A DNA stretch of 64,000 nt from Macrostomum lignano (taxonomy: Eukaryota): assembly GCA_002269645.1 (NCBI GenBank), contig NIVC01000397.1, positions 62,001 through 126,000 of the forward strand, read 5' to 3'. This document shows, one piece after another, positions 43,632 to 56,172 of the stretch. A model generated the notes under the pieces. The model saw only the letters and a program-made list of their open reading frames with translations. It was not told the origin of the DNA and did no database searches. The translations under genes and the position numbers were made by a program. The first letter of the stretch is position 1. Every line of letters begins with the position of its first letter.

Positions 43632-44245
43632 TTCAGCGCTCATTTTGGCGCTGCAGGCACTCATTTTGGCGCTGCAGGCACTCATTTTGGCGCTGCAGGC
43701 ACTCATTTTGGCACCGCAGGCACTCATTTTGGCGCCGCAGGCACTCATTTTGGCGCCGCAGGCACTCATTTTGGCATCACAGGCACTCATTTTAGCGCCG
43801 CAGGCACTCATTTTGGCGCCGCAGGAACTCATTTTGGCGCCGCAGGCACTCATTTTGGCATCACAGGCACTCATTTTAGCGCCGCAGGCACTCATTTTGG
43901 CACCGCAGGCACTCATTTCGGCGCCGCAGGCACTCATTTTGGCGCCGCAGGAACTCATTTTGGTGCCGCAGGCACTCATTTTGGCGCCGCAGGCACTCAT
44001 TTTGGCACCGCAGGCACTCATTTTGGCGCCGCAGGCACTCATTTTGGCGCCGCAGGAACTCATTTTGGTGCCGCAGGCACTCATTTTAGCGCCGCAGGCA
44101 CTCATTTTGGCGCCGCAGGCACTCATTTTGGCGCCGCAGGAACTCATTTTGGTGCCGCAGGCACTCATTTTAGCGCCGCAGGCACTCATTTTGGCGCCGC
44201 AGGAACTCATTTTGGCACCACAGGCACTCATTTTAGCGCCAAAGG
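43632..44245. repeat. 21-bp minisatellite (GCAGGCACTCATTTTGGCGCC), about 29 copies
   Basis: Direct inspection. Confidence 0.93.
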
Positions 44246-45339
44246 CACTATATTTTGTCGCCCGGAAGCAAAATTATTGATTTAATTCCATAACGGGTCA
44301 CAAGGACATACATGCAAGGTCAACTCCGAGCTGTGTTTAAAACTGTTTTTGCTTTTCGATCATTCAACTCTAAAAGGCTTATGCAATCTGCTTCTTCTCT
44401 CTAAAGCAATTTTTTCTAAAGTAAACAACGTAGCCCAGTGTAATTGATTCATTCGTTTGGGGCTTATGTCAAATTTAAACAAGCTCTTCAAACGCGTTCA
44501 ATAAAAAGTGATTTTGTCCTATTTCAAAACTGAGATATCACTTAAGCAACACACGTGAAATAAAAGAATGAAAGATTGCAAAAGTTTAAACCCTCTGGAA
44601 TTCTGAGATCAGCGGTAGTAGCTATAGGCTAGAGCGAACAATTACCAAGCTAATTTATCTCATTAATAAATGATGACGACATGTTTACATGTTCGCATGC
44701 GAATATGCTGTTCAAGATTAAAAATTGCTTTCATCGGCAATCCATATATAGAACAGCGTACACACGTACGCATTAACTTTGCAGAAGGATTCAGCTTGGT
44801 TGGAATTAGCTAGAAAACTGAGTTGGCACCTTTGAAGTACGGATTACAGTAAAGTGCCTTTTAGAAACGATGTATTTTTGAGTCATATAGCTCGTACTAA
44901 GCTTGATATGCTAGGGCAAGGACCACTAGAATTTATCATCATCGTTGTATCGTTATACGTTGATAAAACGATAACTTTTAGTGGTCCTTCATGCAGGGGG
45001 CTTACTAGCAGTCTAATGGCATTGTCAAAGTTGACAATTATATAACTAAGAAGAACGAGTTTATTTTATGTGAGAAAGGAAAGAGCACAGCAGCAGTGGA
45101 AGCCAATTTCGGCATGTTCAGAGTTGGGACTGAGCCATAGACACTGAGTTTACGAATGTAAGAAAGGAACTGATTAACAGAGTTGACAAAGAATCAAATA
45201 TGCATCTGTTGGAGGATTGAAATCCGACAGGCATGCCACGGCCGACCTTCTTCGTCAAAGATCGGCACCGACCATCTCTCCGAATCAGAACACTTCTCTC
45301 TGCTCCCAACTCGTGCAATTTTAAGGTGTTTTTGATGAG

Positions 45340-46370
45340 GAAATTCGCTCTCGCGAGTCCGCTCACCCAGCTGAGCTGAGCTGAAAGCCATAGACATACA
45401 TTTAGTGTAAAAATACTGCAACCAACAATTGGCCTAAACTGCGATTATTTGGCCAACGCAATTTTATTGTTGTATGTGCACAGAAGAAGAAAGAAGCGAC
45501 ATGTTCTTGCTGTTCAAAGATTGATGCCAAATTCGTCCATACAGCAGATGTCTCAGGCTTCCGTAACCAAGCAGCCACTCAACATGCATTCTCCTTGCCT
45601 CCTTCGTAATGTCGTCGTTCCAGTTGTGTGTCACCTCTCTGAGCAGTTTAATCGTGATAAGTCTGCCATCTAGAGCTCGGCTGATGGTTGTGAGGTTCAA
45701 ATTTTGAGCAGCAGGGAATTCTCGCGTGAGGTGACCTTTCATCTGCTCTAGCATTGCTGTTGGAATGTTTCCGAAGAAAGTGCAGATGATGTCGACCATG
45801 GCTCTCTGCTTAGTGACGAACGCCTGACACCTCCTCGAGGCAGAGTGCCGATGCGGCCAGTTGCTGTGAGAGTCCCAATAATGTTTGCAACTGTTTTCCG
45901 TGAGATTCTAAAGAGCCGGCCGAGAATTTACCAGTCTTTTCCATTTTCAAAGGCGTGCTCACCATAACCTCTAGCGATCCCGGAGTCGAAATTTTTATGT
46001 GGCATGGGCCTCTCTGAGCCATAGTCTGCGATTTCAGCTATGATAGATGTGATCACAAATTAAGGCCAAATTAAGGTTGCTGCTTAGAGAAATAGAGTTC
46101 TATACGAAAGAGAGAGCAGCAGTCGGACAAAAACGAAGTTATCCATGGCTCTAAGGACTAAGTTCAACTTGGAAGGCGTCGAATAGCGAATGCAATCGAT
46201 CTGGGCCAACTTGATCGCAGTTTAGGCCAAATTGATTGCAGCATTTTTACACTGTCTATGGCTTTCAGCTCACCTCAGCTGCTGGGTAAGCCGACTCGCG
46301 AAAGTGAAGGATTTCCTATCCCTGGCCGAATTGATCGCAGTTTTGGCCAACTAGATTGCAAAATTTATAT
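45340..46370 (-). mobile_element. Degenerate Tc1/IS630-like element: transposase fragment between about 110-bp inverted repeats
   Basis: TTISRALDGRLITIKLL...EARRMHVEWL, then frameshifted DEFGINL*TART; inverted repeats at about 45345-45455 and 46205-46310. Confidence 0.65.
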
Positions 46371-46874
46371 TTTAAATACCAATGATTAGCGATAGAGAGA
46401 AATTCCTGCAGAAAATCCTGCAGAAATGACAACAAGTATTTGTATATTCGACTAATTTAGTGTTTCTGTCCGGAACTTGCTGGGGACGCTTGCGTTTAAA
46501 CAAAAAATAAAATGCACGTTTTTTAGGTGCTGTACAAACGTTAAAAAAAGTTTAGAAAGAAATGAAAAAAAACATTTTATTAAATAAGGGTATCTTATGC
46601 TGCATTTTTTAACTGTTGTGTTTCATAATTATATATTATTATTTATTTCAAATTGGAATTGCGCACAATCCACGCACGCACCATGCACGCCAGTCTCTAG
46701 CAGCACAAGCACGCCATAAAAACTAGGGAAAGGAGTGAGCAAACTTTTAAATGATTTTACATACATGAAATCAGTAGCCACAAGCGCATATTGCACGTAA
46801 GCAAGCAATAAGAGGTAGTGATGAAATATAGTGCAGGCAGCAAAGCAAAGTAGTCTCCAAACTTTAGATGGACC

Positions 46875-47268
46875 TTTTAAAGTTTAAACTTTGTCCGACT
46901 CGGAATATTCCGAACATTATTATGACTTGTAGTTTAACTGCATTACGAGTTGGAATAACGGTCGGAATGATATTTAGACTCTTACAATGTATTTAATAAT
47001 CAGTCGGAATGATATTTAGACTCTTGCAATTTATTAAATAGGGCCTAACCAGTCGAACTAAGAGTCGGAATGATATTCAGACTCTTGCAATGTATTTAAT
47101 AATCAGTCGGAATAAGACTTAAGAGTCGGAATATTCTGACCATTATTCCGACTCATAATTTAACCACATTTATCTTTTAAACTTTGTACTCTTGTAGTTT
47201 GTAGTTTAAATTTAAACTCTTTAAAACCTTTAAAACTTTGGCTGAGTTGGACAAAGTTTAAAAAGGTT
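46875..47268. mobile_element. AT-rich MITE-like element with internal AGTCGGAAT repeats
   Basis: TTTAAACTTTGTCCGACTCGG vs CTGAGTTGGACAAAGTTTAAA inverted ends. Confidence 0.45.
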
Positions 47269-48535
47269 TTAGATGGTACACTCACTCATACTCATAGTCA
47301 TAGACATCAATAATCAATATATCATAATTGGAATCATTGTCATCACATAATGTAGAAATGTTTCAGAACTCAGAAAACAAAACATTTTGTTTCAAAAGAT
47401 GAAGCAAAAAATGTCTAGGCCTAGTGGAACTAATGTTTGGCCTACCTCATGCTTCTGACCGAAGTTTCAGCTTAGCAAAGCAAAACTTATGCTTATTTAA
47501 TCCAAAGCTGATTGAAGTGATTTTATTAATCTGGAATTTACTTTTATTTGTAATGGCTAATTTTTGCTTAAGGTCAGGCTAAAGTCATAATAAAGGCATT
47601 GGGATTGGGCTTAGGCCTAACTTAAGTTAAAATGCTTAAATTATGTATTTTATTTGTCACTACCTATGTCTTTTATAATATATTAGTATTAGTATATTGA
47701 AATACTAGAGTCTGCAAAAAAACCAAATTTTTAAGCTCAGCTTAAGTTAAGAAAAAGTAATAACAATATATTTTAAATAGACCATAGGGTCTAGATTTGA
47801 TGTGAGGGTTTCCCGACAGATATTCAGACAGATATTCAAAACGATTATCTACTACTTTTAACAAAATGGACCAAACGGAACCATATTTTTGGCAGATGTT
47901 TACGCATGTGTTTGCAATCAAATGAGCCCAAATTTGTTTTATAAAATAAAAAACTTTACGAAGTGCATTGTTTCAAAGATTGCTTGGCAACACCCTGATT
48001 CAGCATCTCTTCAACGTTTTCTGAAAATGATTCAATTTTTACATCCCATAAATGTGCCCTGTATCCCAAAAAGACAATGGACTAACTCTTACGCATGTTT
48101 CAGCTATAAAATGCCGCATCACGCGTCTAATAAAATACTTTACTTTCTGAATTATTTTCTTTTAAAGTGTGCTTGGCGATTTGCTTTTTTGAAGGCAAGT
48201 CAAGAAACAGCGCATATTTGCTGATGTCAGAACTCCATTTCACTCTCAAATTATATTTGAATTTATAGTTCCATTCTTACGCACATCCCAGCTTTAGAAT
48301 GACACCATTGAAGCTGAAAAAGAAACAGTATTTCCTAAGATATTTGACTCTAAAGTGTGCTTTGCTTTTGAGTCAATAACGCTTGGTGTTGTATGTTGAA
48401 ATATACACCAAGAAATTGTGACACCATTTTTTGCTTACGAAACATAAAACTTAACTTGCTCTTTTACGCACATCCCAGCTTTAAAATGACACCTCAGGCG
48501 TCGCCAAAGACGCCACCATTCGTGAGATATTCGAC

Positions 48536-49111
48536 TTGAAACATTGCTTGCTGCTGAAACCTGACTTGGATGCCATCCAATTGGCTGAGAGTTCAGATGG
48601 ATCTAAGTATATGTTTTGTAAGGCGCAGCTCAATAAAACATTGTGTAAGTCGTTGCGTACACTGTCTTCGTGTGTTCTTCGAATGAGAAGATATTGCCAC
48701 ATTCAAGCCCCATCATCTCAAAAAAGATCTTGCAACTTTTGGACAGTGAAGGCCTCTTGTAAAGTAGTGAGCTGCAGCAGAGTGTACACTTTTTCCATGG
48801 AAAGAGCTCCAAGAAGTTCAGAACAATGGGACTGGGTAGTTAACGGAAAAGGCGTATTCTGCCATGAAAACTGCGACCATCCAACATTTCGACGGCTAAC
48901 CTTAGCTGAGGAGATGCACATTCGGCCAATTATTTCCTCTCGTGGAGTCAGTGCGGCCTATAGACAACTGTTACCGGAAAAAGAGCACAGAGCGCATATT
49001 TTAGCGAAAAACTTTGACTCCTGTAAGTCAAAGAATGTTTTAAAACGGGTAATGAAACGCATCAGTGATAGTAAAAGATTACATAGGACTGCAATTGACT
49101 TCTCAAGGTGA
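48536..49111 (+). pseudogene. Truncated probable MULE transposase N-terminus (Cys/His zinc-finger-like), no DDE domain
   Basis: CKVVSCSRVYTF...W.WVV...CHENCDH...YRQL...VLKRVMKRI..KRLH; ends where the 191-bp repeat begins. Family call rests mainly on context. Confidence 0.5.
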
Positions 49112-49790
49112 ATGTCTGTACACGCTGAGCAATGTTTCCAGTCAAATATCTCACAAACGGAGGCGTCTTTGGCGACGCCTGAGGTGTCATTTTAAAGCTG
49201 GAACATGCGTAAAAGAGTGAGTTAAATTTCATCAGAATTGACTGAAAAACACAGGTGAAGCACGTGCACAAAGATTGGGAATACATTTGATTTATAAGGT
49301 GAATGTCTGTACACGCCAAGCAATGTTTCGAGTCGAATATCTCACGAACGGAGGCGTCTTTGGCGACGCCTGAGGTGTCATTTTAAAGCTGGGACATGCG
49401 TAAAAAAGCGAGTTAAATTTCATCGGAATTGACTGAAAAACACAGGTGAAGCACGTGCACAAAGATTGGGAATACATTTGATTTATAAGGTGAATGTCTG
49501 TACACGCTGAGCAATGTTTCGAGTTAAATATCTCACGAACGGAGGCATCTTTGGCGACGCCTGAGGTGTCATTTTAAAGCTGGGACATGCGTAAAAGAGC
49601 AAGTTAAATTTCATCGGAATTGACTGAAAAACACAGGTGGAGCACGTGCACAAAGATTGGGAATACATTTGATTTATAAGGTGAATGTCTGTACACGCCA
49701 AGCAATGTTTCGAGTCAAATATCTCATGAACGGTGGCGTCTTTGGCGACGCCTGAGGTGTCATTTTAAAGCTGGGATGTGCGTAAAAGAG
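49107..49790. repeat. 191-bp tandem repeat x about 3.5 at the inner end of the right TIR
   Basis: GGTGAATGTCTGTACACG at 49107, 49298, 49489 and 49680. Confidence 0.9.
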
Positions 49791-50549
49791 CAAGTTAAGT
49801 TTTATGTTTCGTAAGCAAAAAATGGTGTCACAATTTCTTGGTGTATATTTCGACATACAACGTCAAGTGTTATTGACTCAAAAGCAAAGCACACTTTAGA
49901 GTCAAATATCTCAGGAAATACTGTTTCTTTTTCAGCTTCAATGGTGTCATTCTAAAGCTTTGATGTGCGTAAGAATGGAACTATAAATTTATTTAATTTG
50001 AGAGCGAAATGGAGTTCTGACATCAGCAAATATGCGCTGTTTCTTGACTTGCCTTCAAAAAAGCAAATCACCAAGCACACTTTAAAAGAAAATAATTCAG
50101 AAAGTAAAGTATTTTATTAGACGCGTGATGCGGCATTTTATAGCTGAAACATGCGTAAGAGTTAGTCCATTGTCTTTTTGGGATACGGGGCACATTTTTG
50201 GGATGTAAAAATTGAATCATTTTCAGAAAACGTTGAAGAGATGCTGAATCAGGGTGTTGCCAAGCAATCTTTGAAACAATGCACTTCATAAAGTTTTTTA
50301 TTTTATAAAACAAATTTGGGCTCATTTGATTGCAAACACATGCGTAAACATCTGCCAAAAATATGGTTCCGTTTGGTCCATTTTGTTAAAAGTAGTAGAT
50401 AATCGTTTTGAATATCTGTCTGAATATCTGTCGGGAAACCCTCACATCTAGATTAGTCACAAGTTGAGCTCAATTAGACCTAGTTTATTATTGGCTATAA
50501 ACTATAGGAAGGTGTCCTATATGCTAGAATTTTCTAATGTGCATTAGCC

Positions 50550-52989
50550 ATGTGAGGGTTTTACAACAGATATTCAGACAGACATTCAAAACGATCGTCT
50601 ATAACTTTAAACAAAAATGACCCACTTCAACCATCTTTTTAACAAATATTTACGCAAGTGTTGGGCATTGAATAAGCTTTAATTTATTAATTAAGGTAAA
50701 AATCTTTATGACATACATTGATTTAAAAATTGCTTAGCAACACTCTGATTAGACATTGCTTTACCATTGACTGAAATTTTTTGATCATAGCAGCCTAAAA
50801 GTAGATATTGGATTAAAAAATGCTTTGATTTACTCTTTACGCATGTCTCAGCTTTAAAATGATACCTCAAGCATCGCAAAAGACAGCTTTGATGCTGAGA
50901 TATTCGACACTAAACATTGCTTTGCACACACTCACATTCAGAAATTTCACAGATTTTTTATCGATATTTGTGTAGCTGCCATGTCCTTGTTTTTCATCAG
51001 AATCTCATCAAATTCTAGTCATGTCTATACGCATGTCTCAGCTTTAAAACCCTATAGGAAAAAGTTTTAAAACCGCAGACGGTGTCCGGCGCACTTTTGA
51101 AATTTTTCTAAAGCGCAGCGCGCGTACAGGCGCATCGACTGCATGCGCACTGCCCTTTCTTACTGGCTGCTGCTCTAGCAAATACATATACATGGAAATG
51201 GGTATAATACCCCTGTTGAAGGGGCTTATACACTTGTAATTTATTAAGCTTAGAGATGTTCTGAGAATTCAATTTGAATTTTCCAAAATTTGAAATTTTT
51301 TAGAGCGAATTTCAATTTAGAAAAAAATTTAGAAGTGAAAATTTTGGTAGTGTCTAAAGAGTCGCTAAAAATAAACTGCTTTCTACTACGTATACATGTA
51401 TTACTTTTTGCTTAAGCAGTAAATTGAAAGTAAAAAAGTGAGTGTTGATCATACTAAACTTTGTTTTTCTGAATTATGATTTCGGGAAATTTCAATTTTG
51501 ATTTTGGAAAGTTAGCAAATTTTGATTTCGATGAAACTGCAGATCTTTCGGAACATCTAATAATCCTAAAGCGCAGTAAAATAGTTTGACTCTTTTCTAA
51601 AGCGCGCGTCCGCGGGTTTTTAACATTTATTCCAATAGGGCTTTAAAATGGCACCTCAGGTGTCACAAAAGACAGCTTTGATGCTAAGATATTTGACACT
51701 ATACACTGCTTTGCTCAAACTCATATTTGGAAACTTCACTGATTTTTATTCAATATTTGTTCAGATGCTTACCTAGTTCTCCATTTATTAACCATCATAT
51801 AGAGCCTTGCTAACATACAAATATATTGTGGAATGCTTAAGGCAATTATTTTATCAATCGCTTCTATTTTTAAACCTAGACTTTTCTTAAACTGTCTTCA
51901 GTATTTGATTTTTAAGATTCCTGCCTTTATCTTACATAGATTGTACCTGAGTCAATGAGTCACTGAGTGTACATTTGTACATGGCAACCAATCATTACTT
52001 TTCACCGCTTTGCGGTTCAAATAAATAAACAAATGTATAAGAAACATGTTCCAACTGTTATTGAAAGAAATTGATGTTGTGTTTATTAACAGTCAATGGC
52101 AATTAATATGAAGCAAATAGTTTATTTGTTATGTTTTTACTTTTTTGTGTGGCTTCTGCTATCCAAATTGGAATTAAGGTATTCTGCTATTCAAGGGGGG
52201 AATAAAAAAAGAAGAATTTTTTTGACTGTAGTTGCAACCCAATAGCTATGTACTTCATACTTTTTAGATTGAACAGGCAATTTCTTAATGTACTGCTAAG
52301 CTTTCCAATCCCTACGGACTACCATAGTAGTTCTAAATTTTTTTCTGTCTTGACTTATAGACTTGGAATGTGGAACAACCTAAGGAGCTACATGAAAATA
52401 TTTAATTGGATAAAGATGTTTTCTAAAGCAATGTTTAGTGTCGAATATCTCAGCATCAAAGCTGTCTTTTGCGACGCCTGAGGTGTTAGTTTTAAAGCCA
52501 AGATATGCATATAGACATGACTAGAATTTGATGAGATTCTGATGAAAAACAAGGACATAGCAGCAGCATAAAAATCAATAAAAAATCAGTGAAATTTTTG
52601 AATGTAAGTTCATGTAAAGCATTGTTTAGTGTCAAATATCTCAGCATCAAAGCTGTCTTTTGCAATGCCTGAGGTGTCATTTTAAAGCTGAGACATGTGT
52701 AAAGAATAAATCAAAGCATTTTTTAATCCAATATCTGCTTTTAGGCTGCTATGATCAAAAAATTTCAGTCAATGGTAAAGCAATGTCTAATCAGAGTGTT
52801 GCTAAGCAATTTTTAAATCAATGTATGTCAAAAAGATTTTTACTTCAGTTAATAAATTAAAGCTTATTTGATGCCTAACACTTGCTCAAATATTTGTCAA
52901 AAAGATGGTTGAAACGGGTCAATTTTGTTTAAAGTTACAGATGATCATTTTAAATGTCTGTCTGAATATCTATCGTGAAACCCTCATAT
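50550..52989. mobile_element. Mutator-like foldback element 2 (same family, more diverged, non-coding)
   Basis: Ends ATGTGAGGG...CCCTCATAT; perfect 9-bp TSD GCATTAGCC at 50541-50549 and 52990-52998; TIRs of more than 500 bp. Confidence 0.85.
51050..51640. mobile_element. About 600-bp MITE with 8-bp TSD, copy 1 (in left arm of foldback 2)
   Basis: TIR CCCTATAGGAAAAA / TTATTCCAATAGGG; TSD CTTTAAAA at 51042-51049 and 51641-51648. Confidence 0.88.
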
Positions 52990-54654
52990 GCATTAGCCCT
53001 TCATAGTTTATTGGCATACATATTTGGTATGCTTGATCTTAAAGAGTTATAGTTGTATCTTGCAGTTTCTATAACAAAAGTTAAAAAATTATCTTATTTT
53101 TTTCATAAGAAAAAATGAATATATTAATTGAATTTGATAGTGCTATTTTAAAGAAATTTAGATATTAGAACTTTGTGTAATTGCAAGTTTTTAGATAAGA
53201 GTAAAAGATACAACATTATTTTGTTATTATATATAAATAAACATCTAAAATAATAATGGATAAAAGTCCATTATTATTTATTACTTGCAGTGCAAAAGTA
53301 AAATTATATAATTTTAAAATTCTGATGTACGAGTATATTATAAAGTCATATTTCTAATTTTTAACATAGTTGGCATACACCTAAAATTTTGCCCAAAAAA
53401 CTATGGCAACAAATGGTGTATATTAGAAGTAGAAACCTTTGTGATAGTAAGCTATATTTATAATGTTTATGTCTATAATTATAACACATTTAATATAAAA
53501 GTTATTACCCTTAAATTCAATAAGTAACTATAGTCAGAAAAATGTCATGGTATACATTAAAATAATTTTTTTCTAGATAATCTATGACCATATGGCCATT
53601 ATGGGCTATGGATCTGGGTAAACTTGTCAACTTTTTATTTGTCAACTGTGTTGACAAATTTACTACAGTTTGTATAGCGCATAACTGATATGTAGTATAA
53701 CAAAGTGTATAGAAGTAAGAGATACAAACAGAAGCAAAAGCAATAAGGTTTTAATTTATACATGCATAAAGAGTTAATTAAGTAATATTTTTTGTTAAAT
53801 TACATTTAATAAAACTGATTGAAATTAAAATTTTATGCTTTTTATGCTACTTTTTTATATCTATGCTAAAGCTAATGCAATAAGTATCAATATATTTTCT
53901 ATGCAATAATTTTACTTTGAAAAAGTGCAAAGAGGTCGATGTAGTCTTGAAATCTTTAGCATGTATATTTAATAATTCTTTATTTTTGGGTTTTGAGTAT
54001 TTTGTTAACATAGAGTAGAGTATGCAACTTCTGTGGGTCAAAAAGGCTCAACAGTGTTAATGATTTAAAAAACTGATAACAGCTGGCATGCTGGTTTTAT
54101 AGTTTTGTTTTTTACATCCTAATTTTTAAAAAATGATCTTCAGGTATTTTAGTTTTATAATGTATTATAAATTTTACTAATATGATATATTAAATTTTGT
54201 TTATTGCTGCTTCCTTACGGGACCTGTCTCCCACATTCTGCTGAGCTTCAGTTTGTCAAAGACTGTCCAACTGAAGATTAGCAATTGTCTGCTGTGGATC
54301 CTTGAATCCAAAGTCTAGTATATAAAACAGATTGATTTTTCAAGGAAAATAGCCCTAGTGCTATACTAGGGTGTCTGTCTTTTCGAGGCAGCCGTCTGTT
54401 GTGCGATATCTGCTTGTTCTCCTATCCTCCCTTGTGCAAGTCAATTTGTTTTTTACCCTTGAATTTGCTCAAAAAGGTATCTCTCTTAGTCTTCTAATCT
54501 CTGTCTTAGACTCTCCAGTTGGCATTGATTTTGAATTGCTTACTGAAACCGCGACCGACTCGCATCCTGCAATCGAATTACGGTTTTTGATCAGTGAATA
54601 TAGTACAAAAGGTGAGAATATGTTTCTGAGTTGTGTTTGCAGTACTTGCACATT

Positions 54655-56090
54655 TTCAGCAATCAACTCTCACCATTCAGCAATCAACTCTCACCATACA
54701 TCAATCAACTCTCACCATTCAGCAATCAACTCTCACCATTCAGCAATCAACTCTCACCATTCAGCAATCAAATCTCACCATTCAGCAATCAACTCTCACC
54801 ATTCAGCAATCAAATCTCACCATTCATCAATCAACACTCACCATACATCAATTAACTCTCACCATTCATCAATCAACTCTCACCATTCAGCAATCAACTC
54901 TCACCATTCAGCAATCAAATCTCACCATTCAGCAATCAACTCTCACCATTCAGCAATCAACTCTCACCATTCATCAATCAACTCTCACCATTCAGCAATC
55001 AAATCTCACCATTCATCAATCAACTCTCACCATACATCAATCAACTCTCACCATTCAGCAATCAACTCTCACCATTCAGCAAATCAACTCTCACCATTCA
55101 GCAATCAAATCTCACCATTCAGCAATCAAAACTCACCATTCATCAATCAAATCTCACCATTCAGCAATCAACTCTCACCATTCATCAATCAACTCTCACC
55201 ATTCAGCAATCAACTCTCACCATTCAGCAATCAAATCTCACCATTCAGCAATCAACTCTCACCATTCAGCAATCAAATCTCACCATTCATCAATCAACTC
55301 TCACCATTCAGCAATCAAATCTCACCATTCATCAATCAACTCTCACCATACATCAATCAACTCTCACCATTCAGCAATCAACTCTCACCATTCAGCAATC
55401 ATATCTCACCATTCAGCAATCAAAACTCACCATTCATCAATCAAATCTCACCATTCAGCAATCAACTCTCACCATTCATCAATCAACTCTCACCATTCAG
55501 CAATCAACTCTCACCATTCAGCAATCAAATCTCACCATTCAGCAATCAACTCTCACCATTCAGCAATCAAATCTCACCATTCATCAATCAACTCTCACCA
55601 TACATCAATCAACTCTCACCATTCAGCAATCAACTCTCACCATTCAGCAATCAACTCTCACCATTCAGCAATCAAATCTCACCATTCATCAATCAACTCT
55701 CACCATACATCAATCAACTCTCACCATTCAGCAATCAAAACTCACCATTCATCAATCAAATCTCACCATTCAGCAATCAACTCTCACCATTCAGCAATCA
55801 ACTCTCACCATTCAGCAATCAACTCTCACCATTCAGCAATCAACTCTTACCATTCAGCAATCAACTCTCACCATTCAGCAATCAACTCTCACCATTCATC
55901 AATCAACTCTCACCATTCAGCAATCAAATCTCACCATTCAGCAATCAACTCTCACCATTCAGCAATCAACTCTCACCATTCAGCAATCAACTCTCACCAT
56001 TCAGCAATCAACTCTCACCATTCAGCAATCAAATCTCACCATTCAGCAATCAACTCTCACCATTCAGCAATCAAATCTCACCATTCAGCA
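54655..56090. repeat. 21-bp satellite (TCACCATTCAGCAATCAACTC), about 68 copies, with 14-15-unit higher-order structure
   Basis: CAAAAC variant at 55127, 55421 and 55736. Confidence 0.95.
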
Positions 56091-56172
56091 AAGATACAAT
56101 ACTAATTGTCTAAGTTATATTTGGATCAGTCTGTCTTAAACTTGCTAAATACTCGAACATTGCAGCTCGACA

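Larger units (their letters stand above)
47800..50447. mobile_element. Mutator-like (MULE/foldback) element 1 with about 750-bp TIRs
   Basis: Ends ATGTGAGGG...CCCTCACAT; 9-bp flanks CTAGATTTG and CTAGATTAG (8/9); near-identical arms (mirror ORFs 47889+ and 50358-). Confidence 0.85.

Noticed and set aside
43479-44285. SACGAKM / AAGTHFG / LILAPQA repeat proteins
   Set aside because: 21-bp satellite open in several frames with no splice or start context.
47889-50358. Duplicated 111 and 96-aa genes on opposite strands
   Set aside because: They are the two arms of the MULE TIR.
54540-54575. MRVGRGFS resembling ribosomal protein L13 (VRAGRGFS)
   Set aside because: An 8-residue match only; flanking sequence shows no L13 similarity.
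54371-56113. 580 and 490-aa His/Ser-rich ORFs
   Set aside because: 21-bp satellite translations; the frame shifts mid-array at about 55081, indicating no coding constraint.
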